Assembly (NCBI GenBank): GCA_963663965.2
Contig: CAXXFK010000020.1
Span: 192,001-256,000 of the forward strand
Origin: Sedimentisphaerales bacterium
GTDB taxonomy: Bacteria; Planctomycetota; Phycisphaerae; Sedimentisphaerales; SM23-30
Length of the DNA: 64,000 nt
Direction of reading: 5' to 3'
Part shown: positions 30,832-41,402 of the stretch, piece by piece
Position numbering within the stretch: the first letter of the stretch is position 1
Layout: each line of letters begins with the position of its first letter
Position numbers and translations under genes: made by a program
The notes under the pieces: generated by a model
Told to the model about the DNA's origin: nothing
Seen by the model: only the letters and a program-made list of their open reading frames with translations
Databases searched by the model: none

Positions 30832-31252
30832 AAATCGGAAGTGTAAAGCAAAATGAACTTTTTCGTAAGGCTTTTGTTAGAATTTTACCGGCACTTTATA
30901 TACCTGCCGCATCCCAACCACCATTATCTTCAGTATTAACAATAAGTTAAGTCAATTTATACTCATACGCAGATACGTATATTTTATTTTATTTTACCGG
31001 GAATCTTTTTACAAAAACTTCCCGGATATCTCATAACTAATTGCAAATAAATACCTTGCATTGACTCACGTCCCGCCGCCTCCCATCCACTCATTTGACA
31101 GCCATATTACATTCTGTAATAACTTCACCCCAACTGCGTCGATCAGCCAGATATTCATTCATTGACCTTGGGGTACCTCTAAAACAAACACTTTTAGAGG
31201 GCCCCTGATTTTTTAAGTTATAACTGACTTGAATCATTCTGGAGAGCCCAAA

Positions 31253-31474
31253 ATGACCGAACATCCAAACAAAAACAACCCCGTCACTCTCGGCTGCGGC
31301 ACCCTCATCCTGATCGGCCTGATCGTGCTCATCTTCGGCAACAACGGCACCCAGGAATTAGACCGCAAAATCGACCAGCTCAACAAAGATGTCCAGGAAC
31401 TCAAAACCCTCAACCAGCAACAGAACGAAGAACTCCGGCAGCTCAAAAATATGGTCGAAACCCTGATCAATTAG
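31253..31474 (+). CDS. Small single-TM coiled-coil hypothetical protein
   Basis: GGAG RBS; LGCGTLILIGLIVLIFG TM helix followed by a heptad coiled coil. Confidence 0.7.
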   Translation: MTEHPNKNNPVTLGCGTLILIGLIVLIFGNNGTQELDRKIDQLNKDVQELKTLNQQQNEELRQLKNMVETLIN

Positions 31475-31803
31475 TTTGCCGGATGTATTTCATTGAGGGC
31501 AATTAAATCCGTAAAGCTGGCATCAGCTTATGAATGAAACTCACTCGCCGTCAGATTTAGGTTCCAGTCACAATTGTTAGTGTAATCTCACAAAAATTAT
31601 TATCCGAATATCACAACGTTTCTGATTTTTATTTTCCTCTTCGCTTTTCCCAAATAGTCGGTATTTAATCTATAATTAAATGGTCTGATGAAAACTATTA
31701 AATTTCTGGCTAAACTTTGGCCACCAAGTGTTCAGGTTCCATTTAAATTGATTTTCATGAATCATAGTAATAATAACGTCTATACGCTTTTGGAGGATTC
31801 CCA

Positions 31804-32541
31804 ATGAAACACAATAAAGAAATGCTTCATTCAGTTTGTCTGCCGGCCCTGGTGATTATCCTGGTTGTAACAGGGGTTTTATGCTCTCCTTGCCAGGCTG
31901 GCCTGACCGATATTCCCACACCCGCACCCTCCTGGTGGGGCACTACCGAGGGCCAGACCGCTTCAATGTATGCCGATCTGACCGATGAATCCGGTTCACT
32001 GGATTGGGATGAATCGCTTGTCGGTGAAAACCTCGATCTGGCGGACTTTACTATCTCGGTGGAAGACATGGTCTGGGTGGACGGTGAGGGCTACCAATCC
32101 AACAGCCCCGGAAAGTTACAAATTATTCTGGGCAATTATCGTGTTCTCACCAACAAAAAACATCTTCATAGTAAATTTAAAATCACCCAGGGTACCGAAC
32201 CCATCAAAGACATTAAAAGCATTCTAGTCGAAGCGATCTGGGCCGGAGATGGCACCGGCGATGAATGGGAAAAGGGCGGTGTTTTGGGATCGATTAACTA
32301 TGATTGGTCCTATGAAGGCCCCGTAGGCGGACCGTTCATCCTGGAGATAGATGGCTGGGTTAATCCTCAGCCCTGGAAGGTTAGAATCACCGTGGAAACC
32401 ATCGGGGGTGGCGTCGGCCCGACCATCAAAGAAATCTGGTGTGGCGAAAAGTGTTCACCCGTCCCGGCTCCCGGCGCTCTCGCCCTGGCCGCCATCGGTC
32501 TGAGCCTGATCCACCGTCGCCGATTGAACGACCGAACGTAA
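31804..32541 (+). CDS. PEP-CTERM-type (VPAPG variant) sorted surface protein
   Basis: GGAGG RBS, signal peptide, C-terminal VPAPGALALAAIGLSLIHRRR. Confidence 0.8.
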   Translation: MKHNKEMLHSVCLPALVIILVVTGVLCSPCQAGLTDIPTPAPSWWGTTEGQTASMYADLTDESGSLDWDESLVGENLDLADFTISVEDMVWVDGEGYQSNSPGKLQIILGNYRVLTNKKHLHSKFKITQGTEPIKDIKSILVEAIWAGDGTGDEWEKGGVLGSINYDWSYEGPVGGPFILEIDGWVNPQPWKVRITVETIGGGVGPTIKEIWCGEKCSPVPAPGALALAAIGLSLIHRRRLNDRT

Positions 32542-32550
32542 TCAGCCCAG

Positions 32551-33507
32551 TCAGTTGCTCTGATAAATCGACTTGCGATCCCGCCTGCGAGCCAGTTCAC
32601 TGGTATAGTGTAAGCCAAGTGTCGCCGACCGTTCAGCAGCCCAGTCGGTCAGCTGTGTTTTGCCCGTCGGCGGCGAATCAGCATACAACAGATTGGCCAT
32701 CAGGCCCGCGATCTCTTCTTTGGTCACCATAACATCCCCCACCAGCTTACCAATCACCCAGCCGGCCGCGTAACCAACCCACGGCGGTACGGAAACAACC
32801 GGCCGTTTTTTGCCTATGATCTCGCCCACCGCCTCAACCAGTCCCCGGTAAGTAAACGTCTCCGGCCCGATCGCGTTAATAATCCGATTCTCCCGCGATT
32901 TCCCCTGCTCCACCGCCAGTTCCGCCAGATCATCCACATAAATCGGCTGGATTTTGTAATCGCCATCTCCAAACACCCCAAACACCGGCAGATGTCGCAA
33001 CGCCCACGCGATATTGTTCACCAGGATATCCTCCTTACCGAACAACACCGTCGGCCGCAGAATGGCATACGACAGCCCGCTTTCAACCAGCGCCCGTTCC
33101 AGTCGCGCCTTACCGCTGAAATATTCCAGCGGGGAATCTTCCGATGGATTGGTAATACTCACATGCACAATCCGCTCCACCCCGGCCGCACGGGCCGCCT
33201 CGAACAACACCAGCGTATTCCGCACCGCGTCGGCATGGGTAAACAGCCGGTGATTGAACCGGACCCAGTAGGTATTATAAAGCACTTCAACTCCCCGCAG
33301 GACCTCTGTCAGCAACTCCGGCCGGTCAAAATGAAACGGAACCGCGCGTAACCGCTCACCAAATGGATTCCCCCGCCCGCCCGAATTAGTCAGCGTCATA
33401 ACCGTCTTGCCCTCCGCCAACAACCGCCCGGCAATATACTTTCCCGAATACCCGAACGCCCCCGTCACCGCATGATACACTTTTTCTTTCGTGGCTGGTT
33501 GATTCAC
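32551..33507 (-). CDS. NAD(P)-dependent epimerase/dehydratase, atypical SDR (NDUFA9-like)
   Basis: VTGAFGYSG Rossmann motif, YFSGK, LRPTVLFG, QPIYVDDLA, GPETFTY. Confidence 0.88.
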   Translation of the reverse strand: MNQPATKEKVYHAVTGAFGYSGKYIAGRLLAEGKTVMTLTNSGGRGNPFGERLRAVPFHFDRPELLTEVLRGVEVLYNTYWVRFNHRLFTHADAVRNTLVLFEAARAAGVERIVHVSITNPSEDSPLEYFSGKARLERALVESGLSYAILRPTVLFGKEDILVNNIAWALRHLPVFGVFGDGDYKIQPIYVDDLAELAVEQGKSRENRIINAIGPETFTYRGLVEAVGEIIGKKRPVVSVPPWVGYAAGWVIGKLVGDVMVTKEEIAGLMANLLYADSPPTGKTQLTDWAAERSATLGLHYTSELARRRDRKSIYQSN

Positions 33508-33566
33508 ACATTCACTCCATTATCAGTTCAACATTGAATGGACTGTTTTTTTACTACCTCACAAAT

Positions 33567-35537
33567 TCACGGTTCAATCACATAACTATCCTCATCAAAA
33601 TTAACCCGCACCTTCGTTCCATCGGCAAACACGGTCTCCTGAATTCGGTAGTTTTCATCCAGGTAGCGGTGATCCACCATCTCAACCAGCGCCAGTTTCC
33701 GGTTCAGCTCGCACATCACCCGCACCTGTTTCAACTCCTCATCCGAGGGCGTAATCGACAAATAAGGCAGCCCGCCATGCGCCAGACCATGCAGGTATCC
33801 CCAATCCTTTTCCGGAATCCCCCACGCCCCTTTTCCCAGTGACCACGGTACTAAAAGGGCGTCATGATAGACCAGGCTGAACAGCGGGATCGGAATCCCC
33901 ATCGCCGGTCCTCGCCCGGGGTTGGGATCCAGCGCGAATGGACCATGATGTACCAGATCCAGATGCGGTATCGCCCAGTCTGCCGGCTCTTCGGAACTGA
34001 CCACCCCCACATTGGTACGGATAAAATCAAAACAATCGCCCCGGTTTTCCAGACACCGGCTCCGGGTCACTGGATGCTCTGGATGATAACATTCATCCGG
34101 AGGCACTACCGCAAACACATCCAGATAGGCGCCTTTCACATCAACCCCATGTTGTTTCAACTGCTCGTAATTTTTCCTTACATGCCCCGGCGCCAGGCTG
34201 GAACACAATATCGTCTGCTTGCCGCCATACCAGGTGCTGCCATACCATCGGGTTCCGTTTTCCGCCAGCGCCGCATGTTGTTCATTATATGATCTGGCAT
34301 CCAGATAATAATCCCGATATTGATCATGCAGGGCAAACAGGAAATTCAATTCCTGACAGGTTTGGGCCAGCTGTCCGATCCCCTCCCAGCCACCCGCTTC
34401 CGGAGAGGGCGGCAAAATATCAGGATGCAGATTGTCATACCCGCAAAATCCCCAGCCATCCAGATGGACATAGGCTTGCGTCACGCCTCTTGCGGCCAGT
34501 TGCCGCAATTGTTCGGCCCGCCGGTCAAAGCGCGTATAATAATGGTTCTTCTCCGGATGCTCCTTGTCGTAATAGCTGGACTCCGGCTGAATATTCACCA
34601 GAATACCGGTGTGGATCACCGGAGATCCGATCAGCCGTTCCACCAGCGGATTGCGGGCGATCTTCTCGCGCAGACTGACAAAATGCCCATTGTCAATAAC
34701 ATACTGTCGATAACGCCTGGCCAGGGTCACATAGTTCCCCTTGGTAAAAAAGCACAACCGCGCCCGCCTCGGATAACTGAGTTTTCCCAGCGAATGCACC
34801 CAGCGCGCGCCCAGTCGGGTCGGCCCCCCGGCCGGATGCGAAAAATGACATCCGCCATCAACCGGTGTCTCCAGAATAACCATCGCGGCGGCTGCGCCAT
34901 TTTGATAACCCCACCACGGCATATAAAGCCCCCGGCCATAAGACAGGGTATCATAAAGCCAGACCCGTCTGGGCCACTCCTTCGGCAGCAGCATCCCCTG
35001 CATGAATGGCACAACGGTAAAATCAAAACTGTTGGCTGCCAACGGACCCGGCCACTGACAGTCCTTCACCGAAACTACCGCCTCCTCGGCCACCAGTTCA
35101 CAAATCAGCTCTTCCTCAACCCCTTGCAGACCAATGACCAGGGTAATCGCCAGTTCCAGGGATTTAGTCTCATAAGTGTATTGACTCAAGTGGATCTTTA
35201 TTCCCGTCAGGTATCCCGTTTCATAAGGAGTGACCGTTACTGTCTCAGCCTCATTCAGCCCCAACGCAATCCTCTGTCCGACTCTTTCCACAATCAGGTC
35301 CCCTTGGCTCGATCCTTCCCAGTTCCAGACCACCGCGCCATCCTTCACCTGAATAGCCAACGTATCCTTATCAACGCTCACCGTCAGCCGCTTGCCCGCA
35401 ATATCCCATCGCCCCCCTTCCTGTCGCACTACCACCTCGGGATTCCCCCAGTCCGTCTGCACTCCATTCTCAGCATAAACCCAGCCGCAAAAACCAAGCC
35501 CCGCTAACAGAAACCAGAAATATCGAGTCATCATCAA
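33567..35537 (-). CDS. Secreted GH129/GH101-like glycoside hydrolase (DUF5696-type)
   Basis: Signal peptide; YMPWWG, HLDGWG..GYDNLHPD..PP...AGGW, HDQYRDYY, YLDVF, SSEE and PLFSLVYHD motifs. Confidence 0.75.
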   Translation of the reverse strand: MMMTRYFWFLLAGLGFCGWVYAENGVQTDWGNPEVVVRQEGGRWDIAGKRLTVSVDKDTLAIQVKDGAVVWNWEGSSQGDLIVERVGQRIALGLNEAETVTVTPYETGYLTGIKIHLSQYTYETKSLELAITLVIGLQGVEEELICELVAEEAVVSVKDCQWPGPLAANSFDFTVVPFMQGMLLPKEWPRRVWLYDTLSYGRGLYMPWWGYQNGAAAAMVILETPVDGGCHFSHPAGGPTRLGARWVHSLGKLSYPRRARLCFFTKGNYVTLARRYRQYVIDNGHFVSLREKIARNPLVERLIGSPVIHTGILVNIQPESSYYDKEHPEKNHYYTRFDRRAEQLRQLAARGVTQAYVHLDGWGFCGYDNLHPDILPPSPEAGGWEGIGQLAQTCQELNFLFALHDQYRDYYLDARSYNEQHAALAENGTRWYGSTWYGGKQTILCSSLAPGHVRKNYEQLKQHGVDVKGAYLDVFAVVPPDECYHPEHPVTRSRCLENRGDCFDFIRTNVGVVSSEEPADWAIPHLDLVHHGPFALDPNPGRGPAMGIPIPLFSLVYHDALLVPWSLGKGAWGIPEKDWGYLHGLAHGGLPYLSITPSDEELKQVRVMCELNRKLALVEMVDHRYLDENYRIQETVFADGTKVRVNFDEDSYVIEP

Positions 35538-35946
35538 ACCATCTACCTCAGCTTATATCAATAGTTCGGTAACAAAATCCCCCTTTTCTCAGCATTTCTT
35601 TATAATACACATTTATAATACGCAGGGATATTTATTTTGTTGACAAGCAGCATTATGGCTATAAGTCTATAATATATAAATCTTTACAACCAATACTATC
35701 TGATCCGCATCCCAGCAAATAGCAATTATACCGAACCGCTTCCCGCCTCTTCTCAAGATCCCATGGTTTTTACTATACCAGATTCGAAACTTGTTATCAG
35801 GTTCATTTAATGCTGTACATTGGACAGGCTTGATCCTGAACGATTCTAACCTTGTTTCAATTGGAATAGTCTGGTCTGAATTATCGTTACAATAGTAATT
35901 GACCTTGATCCCATTACCATGACCACTCAATAATGGAGTATATCCT

Positions 35947-38205
35947 ATGCCCTTGAAAACACTGGAATTGGCGAAACGGTCCGGCGTTATCTTCTTTATC
36001 CTCACTACGGCCGCCTTGGGCCGCCCACAGGCCGCCGGCGCGAACGAATCCATCTCATTGGAAGAAACCGCCCGGCGCGCGGCCCAGGTCACGCCCACGC
36101 CCCGTCAGATGGCCTGGCATGAAGATGAGTTCATCGCCTTCGTCCATTTCGGCGTCAACACCTTTTCCGGCCGCGAATGGGGGACCGGATTCGAAGATCC
36201 GGCCGGCTTCAATCCAACCCAACTCGACACCGACCAGTGGTGCCGGGCCATGCAGGCCGCCGGAATGAAAAAGGTCATCCTGACCGTCAAGCACCACGAT
36301 GGCTTCTGCCTCTGGCAAACCCGTTACACCAACCATTCGGTGGCCTCATCACCCTGGCGCAACGGTCATGGCGATGTTCTGCGGGATCTGGCAGCTTCCT
36401 GCCTGAAATTTAACCTGAAACTGGGTGTTTATCTCTCCCCTGCCGATCTGTACCAGATCGAAAATGCCGGCGGATTGTATGGCAATCTCAGCGCCTATAC
36501 CGAACGCACCATTCCGCGCCCGGTCCCCGGCCGGCCCTTCAAGGACACTCGCACCTTCCGCTTCAAGGTCGATGACTATAACGAATATTTTCTTAATCAG
36601 CTGTTCGAACTGCTCACCGAATACGGCCCGGTCCACGAAGTCTGGTTCGACGGCGCCCATCCCAAACGTAAGGGCGGCCAGACCTATACCTATCAGCAGT
36701 GGTACACACTCATTCACGAATTGGCGCCCATGGCCGTCATTTTCGGTAAAGGACCCGACGTCCGCTGGTGCGGCAACGAAGGGGGTGGAACCCGGGCCAG
36801 TGAATGGAATGTGATTCCACTGCCGACATCGGCCAGCCAGTTCGACTGGCCCGATATGACCGCCAACGATCTGGCCTCATTGCCCAAATTACAGCAGGCC
36901 CTCAACCAGGGCGGCGCTCTCCACTATTACCCCGCCGAAACCAACACCTCCATCCGTCAGGGCTGGTTCTGGCGCGATGAGCAGCAGCCGGTCAAATCGA
37001 CCGGCGAGATCCTCGATATCTGGTACCGTTCGGTCGGCGGCAATTCCGTCTTCCTCTTGAATATCCCGCCCAACCGGGATGGGCTCTTTCCCCAGCGGGA
37101 TGTCCAGGTACTCCGGGAAGTCGGCCGCATGATACAAACGACCTTCGCGGTCAATCTGGCCGAAGGCGCGACGGCTTCCGCCTCACAGGTTCGCTCCGGC
37201 CAGTTCGCCGCCCGCTACGCGCTCGATGGCAACACCGCCACCTGCTGGATGCCCAATGACGGCACAACCACAGCCGAACTGCTAATCCAGCTCCCCCAGC
37301 CGGCACGCTTCAATCGTGTCATGATCCAGGAACAGATTCGCGATTACTCCCAGCGGATCGCCCGTTTCGCGATCGACGCCGAAGTTCAGGGCGCCTGGCA
37401 ACCCATCGCCGAAGGCACCACGGTTGGCTACAAGAAAATCTGCCGCACTTCAACCCTCTCAACCGACAAACTGCGCGTCCGAATTCTGGACGCCCGTGTC
37501 TGCCCCACAATCAGCAACTTCGGCCTCTATTTCGAACCGGTCCCGGTTACCGTTCCCGACATCCGCCGCGACCGTCTGGGTAATGTTACGCTCAGTTGCA
37601 ATCCGCCCGGCCCGGCCATCCACTACACACTCGACGGCAGCGAACCCACAATCGATTCGCCCGGCTACCAACACCCGATCCCCCTGCCCGGCGGCGGCAC
37701 AATCAAAGCCCGCGCCTTCCAGGGCGATTCACCGCAATCCAGCGGTATCGCCACGGCCCGATTCGACCTTTGCCCGGCCAGATGGCACATCGTCAGCGCC
37801 TCCAGCGAACAGGCTCCCGACGAACCCAAAGAAGCCGCTATCGACGGCAATCCCGATACCATCTGGCATACGCGCTGGAATCCCGATACTCCATCACACC
37901 CGCATGAGATCGTAATCGACCTGGGCGAATCTATCACCCTGCAAGGATTCAGTTACACCCCGCGCCGCGGCACCCTCAACGGCACCATCAAAACCTACGC
38001 CTTCTATATCAGCCCAAACGCCACCGATTGGGGCCAGCCGGTCATCCAGGGCGAATTCAGTAATATTCGCAACAATCCCATCCAGCAAATCATCTATTTC
38101 CCCGCCCCACAAACCGCCCGCTTCATAAAACTTGTCGCACTCAGCGAAGTCAACAACAATCCCTGGGCCTCCGCCGCCGAAATCGGAGTTATTACCATCA
38201 AATAA
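35947..38205 (+). CDS. GH29 alpha-L-fucosidase with F5/8 type C (CBM32) and Fn3-associated domains
   Basis: PTPRQMAW, FVHFGVNTF..REWG.G, KHHDGFCLW, EVWFDGA, RWCGNE.G, SIRQGWFW and SVGGNSVFLLNIPP motifs; HYTLDGSEPT; AIDGNPDTIWH. Confidence 0.93.
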   Translation: MPLKTLELAKRSGVIFFILTTAALGRPQAAGANESISLEETARRAAQVTPTPRQMAWHEDEFIAFVHFGVNTFSGREWGTGFEDPAGFNPTQLDTDQWCRAMQAAGMKKVILTVKHHDGFCLWQTRYTNHSVASSPWRNGHGDVLRDLAASCLKFNLKLGVYLSPADLYQIENAGGLYGNLSAYTERTIPRPVPGRPFKDTRTFRFKVDDYNEYFLNQLFELLTEYGPVHEVWFDGAHPKRKGGQTYTYQQWYTLIHELAPMAVIFGKGPDVRWCGNEGGGTRASEWNVIPLPTSASQFDWPDMTANDLASLPKLQQALNQGGALHYYPAETNTSIRQGWFWRDEQQPVKSTGEILDIWYRSVGGNSVFLLNIPPNRDGLFPQRDVQVLREVGRMIQTTFAVNLAEGATASASQVRSGQFAARYALDGNTATCWMPNDGTTTAELLIQLPQPARFNRVMIQEQIRDYSQRIARFAIDAEVQGAWQPIAEGTTVGYKKICRTSTLSTDKLRVRILDARVCPTISNFGLYFEPVPVTVPDIRRDRLGNVTLSCNPPGPAIHYTLDGSEPTIDSPGYQHPIPLPGGGTIKARAFQGDSPQSSGIATARFDLCPARWHIVSASSEQAPDEPKEAAIDGNPDTIWHTRWNPDTPSHPHEIVIDLGESITLQGFSYTPRRGTLNGTIKTYAFYISPNATDWGQPVIQGEFSNIRNNPIQQIIYFPAPQTARFIKLVALSEVNNNPWASAAEIGVITIK

Positions 38206-38340
38206 AATATTTACCCCCATAAAATAGCCGGGATATTAATCAGAAAGCCAGGGCCAACGGCAAGCACCCCAACCAACGTGCGACTGGCAACCTGCCCGTG
38301 ATTCTTTCCACCACTCTCAATATAACCAGAAATTTAATAG

Positions 38341-38439
38341 AAATAGTCAATTTTTGACTATTTATATGATTTATTCTTGATTTTGTCCCCGCAAAACCCT
38401 ATATATACAATAGAAGCTGTCATAATATGACTACTTCTA
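38341..38439 (+). promoter_or_regulatory. abiE promoter with two operator inverted repeats
   Basis: IR1 AAATAGTCAA-ttt-TTGACTATTT (38341-38363); TTGATT (38377)-17 bp-TATATA (38400); IR2 TAGAAGctGTCATA-a-TATGACtaCTTCTA (38411-38439). Both IRs share GTCA-N5-TGACTA. Confidence 0.7.
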
Positions 38440-39086
38440 ATATTTTTCATATGAACAAACTGACAGAACACTTTTTTAAGGCCTCTATTGGGGTTTTCAC
38501 CCAATTCGAAGTCGCCATGACTATCGACGGCTCAGATTTCAGCCGCCACGGTTTAGTCAAACGGGCGCTGGCAGCCGGCGAAATCATTAATATTCGTCGC
38601 GGGCTCTATTGTCTGGCGCAGGAATTTCAAAAGAAACCCATCAGTACTTACAGCCTGGCCCAGCGAATTTATGGCCCCAGCTATCTCAGTCTCGAAACGG
38701 CTTTAAGTCACCACGGCTGGATTCCAGAAGCCGTCTATACCCATACCAGTGTCAGTTACCGCAACTCCAGGGATTTCGAAACACCATTTGGCATCTTCAG
38801 CTACCAGCGCGTTCCGCAACTGAGCTTCTTTACCGGCGTCGAACGGCGCACCGATGACAATGGGAACATCTTCTTCATGGCAACCCCGGCCAAAGCCCTG
38901 GCGGATTATGTCTACCTGCTTCGATTGAACTGGACCACGATTGATGAAGTCAGGGCCAGCCTGAGAATTGAACTGGAAGACCTGATGTCTGTTACACACT
39001 CAGAATTAAACGAACTGACGACCAATTATTCCAACAGCCGGGTTAAACGATTTTTGCGCGGCTGGCAGGAGGCGAGGTTATCATGA
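38427..39086 (+). CDS. abiEi: AbiEi-family type IV antitoxin / transcriptional regulator (real start possibly ATG 38451)
   Basis: IINIRRGLY, IYGPSYLSLETALSHHGWIPE.V..TSV and ATPAKALADY motifs; ATGA overlap with the next gene. Confidence 0.88.
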   Translation: MTTSNIFHMNKLTEHFFKASIGVFTQFEVAMTIDGSDFSRHGLVKRALAAGEIINIRRGLYCLAQEFQKKPISTYSLAQRIYGPSYLSLETALSHHGWIPEAVYTHTSVSYRNSRDFETPFGIFSYQRVPQLSFFTGVERRTDDNGNIFFMATPAKALADYVYLLRLNWTTIDEVRASLRIELEDLMSVTHSELNELTTNYSNSRVKRFLRGWQEARLS

Positions 39087-39937
39087 GTATCCAGATCATT
39101 CAGCAACGCCTGATGAACTATCACTGCAAGACTGACCTCGAAGAACAACAGGCTATTCGTGAGATCACGCAAGAGGTGGTACTGGCGGCATTGGGCCGCG
39201 GCTCCTTCTTTAAACACGCCCTCTTTCAAGGCGGGACATGCCTGCGTATTTTTTACGGCCTCAACCGATTCTCTGAGGACCTGGATTTTATTCTTCAGCA
39301 GCCGGACCCGGATTTTCAGATGAAAGATCATATCGGCCTGTTGTCCGATGAACTGGCGGCCTGGGGCTACCGCCTGGAAATAACCGACCGTAGCAAAGCG
39401 GATACTACCGTCAGAAAAGCCTTTCTAAAAGACCATTCGCTGGGCAAAGTACTCAACCTGCAACACCGAAACCAGACCGGTCCCCCGGCCAAAATTCGGA
39501 TCAAACTGGAAGTCGATACCAACCCGCCGGCCGGAAGCGGACATGAACTGCAATACCTGGATTTCCCCTTCGTCTCTGCCGTAAGCGTCCAGGACAAACC
39601 CAGCCTCTTCGCCGGTAAAATCCACGCCCTGCTTTGCCGAGAATATATCAAAGGCCGCGACTGGTACGATTTTATCTGGTACACCAGCCGCCTCACTCCC
39701 ATCAATTACCCGTTTCTCACCGCCGCCCTTAACCAGGCCGGCCCGTGGCAAAATCAGAACATCACCGCCAATAAACAGTGGGTACTCCATGAATTGAAAA
39801 ACAAAATCGTATCCATCCCCTGGCAACAAGCCGCCCGCGAAGTCCAGCGCTTCGTTCGCGCCCACGAACAACCCTCACTTGACCTATGGAGCAAAGAACT
39901 GTTCCTCAATCAACTGAAAAAATTAGAAACCGTATGA
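39083..39937 (+). CDS. abiEii: AbiEii/AbiGii nucleotidyltransferase toxin
   Basis: FQGGTCLRIFYGLNRFSEDLDF, IKLEVD, GKIHALL.R and KGRDWYD motifs. Confidence 0.92.
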   Translation: MSIQIIQQRLMNYHCKTDLEEQQAIREITQEVVLAALGRGSFFKHALFQGGTCLRIFYGLNRFSEDLDFILQQPDPDFQMKDHIGLLSDELAAWGYRLEITDRSKADTTVRKAFLKDHSLGKVLNLQHRNQTGPPAKIRIKLEVDTNPPAGSGHELQYLDFPFVSAVSVQDKPSLFAGKIHALLCREYIKGRDWYDFIWYTSRLTPINYPFLTAALNQAGPWQNQNITANKQWVLHELKNKIVSIPWQQAAREVQRFVRAHEQPSLDLWSKELFLNQLKKLETV

Positions 39938-40005
39938 ATAAGCGTCCATGTTAATTAATTCTACCGGACCCTAGAAGCATGCATGTTCAGCAACATATTT
40001 CTGGT

Positions 40006-40689
40006 TCATTTATCTTTCAATATCTTCAAATAGGCTTCCATAAAACTCCCCTTTTGGGGTTCGATCTCTTTTTCGTGGAAATATACTGTCACGTCTTTTA
40101 TGGCAACAACAATTTTAGTATTTTCCGGCATAGCCAGATAACGCACTAAGTTTAGATGCCCTAAAACGGCCTCATACAATGAAACTCTTATCAAATTGCC
40201 GGGATCATTATAATCGAGTTTAGTGTGCAAATTTCCAAAAAACCATCCTGAATCATTATCGTGAATATCAATTCGGTCCAATATAAACTCTTTGGCGTGC
40301 TGATAATCCGTTCCAATTAACGCACTATACCCTATGTCCGATATTGACATTTGATCTAACAAGCCATAACTTTTAATTGTATCTTTTTGGGCCCGTAGAA
40401 ACTTGATCGTATTTGTAAGGGTATCGCTCCATTCTATCGGCATAGAACACATATCAGGTTCATGAAGCGTTAAATATCCATCTCCATGATCCACCACCTT
40501 ACACAACATCATGCCAAATTGAACTATTTCATCGACATTAAAACCTTTCCCTGAAATTATGCTTCTTTCAAGAAAATTCAATATAGGCTTTATATCATTT
40601 TCGATCACACCATCCATATTAATTTTGAGTATAAAATCCTTATGATGATATTTTTTCGCAAAATTATTTGTAAAAACACTTCGATTCAC
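40006..40689 (-). CDS. Imm33/DUF2185-like immunity protein
   Basis: C-terminal R....DSGWFFG...VSLYEAV......YLAMP pattern; low GC. Confidence 0.6.
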   Translation of the reverse strand: MNRSVFTNNFAKKYHHKDFILKINMDGVIENDIKPILNFLERSIISGKGFNVDEIVQFGMMLCKVVDHGDGYLTLHEPDMCSMPIEWSDTLTNTIKFLRAQKDTIKSYGLLDQMSISDIGYSALIGTDYQHAKEFILDRIDIHDNDSGWFFGNLHTKLDYNDPGNLIRVSLYEAVLGHLNLVRYLAMPENTKIVVAIKDVTVYFHEKEIEPQKGSFMEAYLKILKDK

Positions 40690-41402
40690 TGCTGCCTCCT
40701 GATAATATCTTCAAATGCCTTCTTCATCGGTCTGATATGGATAGGGTTCGCCTGCTTGAGAATTTCTAGCCCACACTCAGCGAATGCTATTGCTTTTTCC
40801 TTGTAACCTATATGTTCATAAACTTGAGCAAGTAACAATGCCATCCCTTTTTTTGTCATATTAGGTAATATCGGTATTGAATCCTCTAACATGATAGATT
40901 CAGTCGTAATAGAATCAAATAATCCTGGAAATGATCTATAAGTCTCAAAAAAGGGAAATCCAATTTCTGATAACATTGCCTGAATAGAAACTATTTGTTT
41001 CTCAACAGGTCGTAGTGGCCACCAATAATCATTCATCCCATTAGGAGCAAGTCGTCTTCTAATTCGACAATCTGGTTCTTCAATACAATCAACCATCTTT
41101 ATACCTTCAACGGCAGACGCCAAGAAATCAAGATGTACCCCTAAATTAACACATACTGCTGCATTATCTGATCGTTTCTGTACCCAGATGCAATGTATAA
41201 AGGGCTTGTAGTATCTTTGATAATTATCAATAGTTCTTTTCACAAAACCACATGAGCTCAAAAATGGCACTAATTGGTTTTCGGCAAGCTTAGCAAATTC
41301 ATTCGTAAGTTGAGACATAACCAATTCTTCCAGATAACGGACACCAAAATAAATATCAAATATGAGTTCAGACACTGATTCCTTTATCAAAATCCCATTC
41401 AA
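40686..41402 (-). CDS. DUF4304-like protein (putative immunity protein)
   Basis: LVPFLSSCGFVKR..Y.R....I.VQK......VNLGV..RRRL...WW pattern; overlaps both neighbours. Confidence 0.55.
   Translation of the reverse strand: MNGILIKESVSELIFDIYFGVRYLEELVMSQLTNEFAKLAENQLVPFLSSCGFVKRTIDNYQRYYKPFIHCIWVQKRSDNAAVCVNLGVHLDFLASAVEGIKMVDCIEEPDCRIRRRLAPNGMNDYWWPLRPVEKQIVSIQAMLSEIGFPFFETYRSFPGLFDSITTESIMLEDSIPILPNMTKKGMALLLAQVYEHIGYKEKAIAFAECGLEILKQANPIHIRPMKKAFEDIIRRQQ

Noticed and set aside
35667..36098. 143-aa minus-strand ORF upstream of the fucosidase
   Set aside because: Overlaps the GH29 start on the opposite strand and has no motifs; likely spurious.
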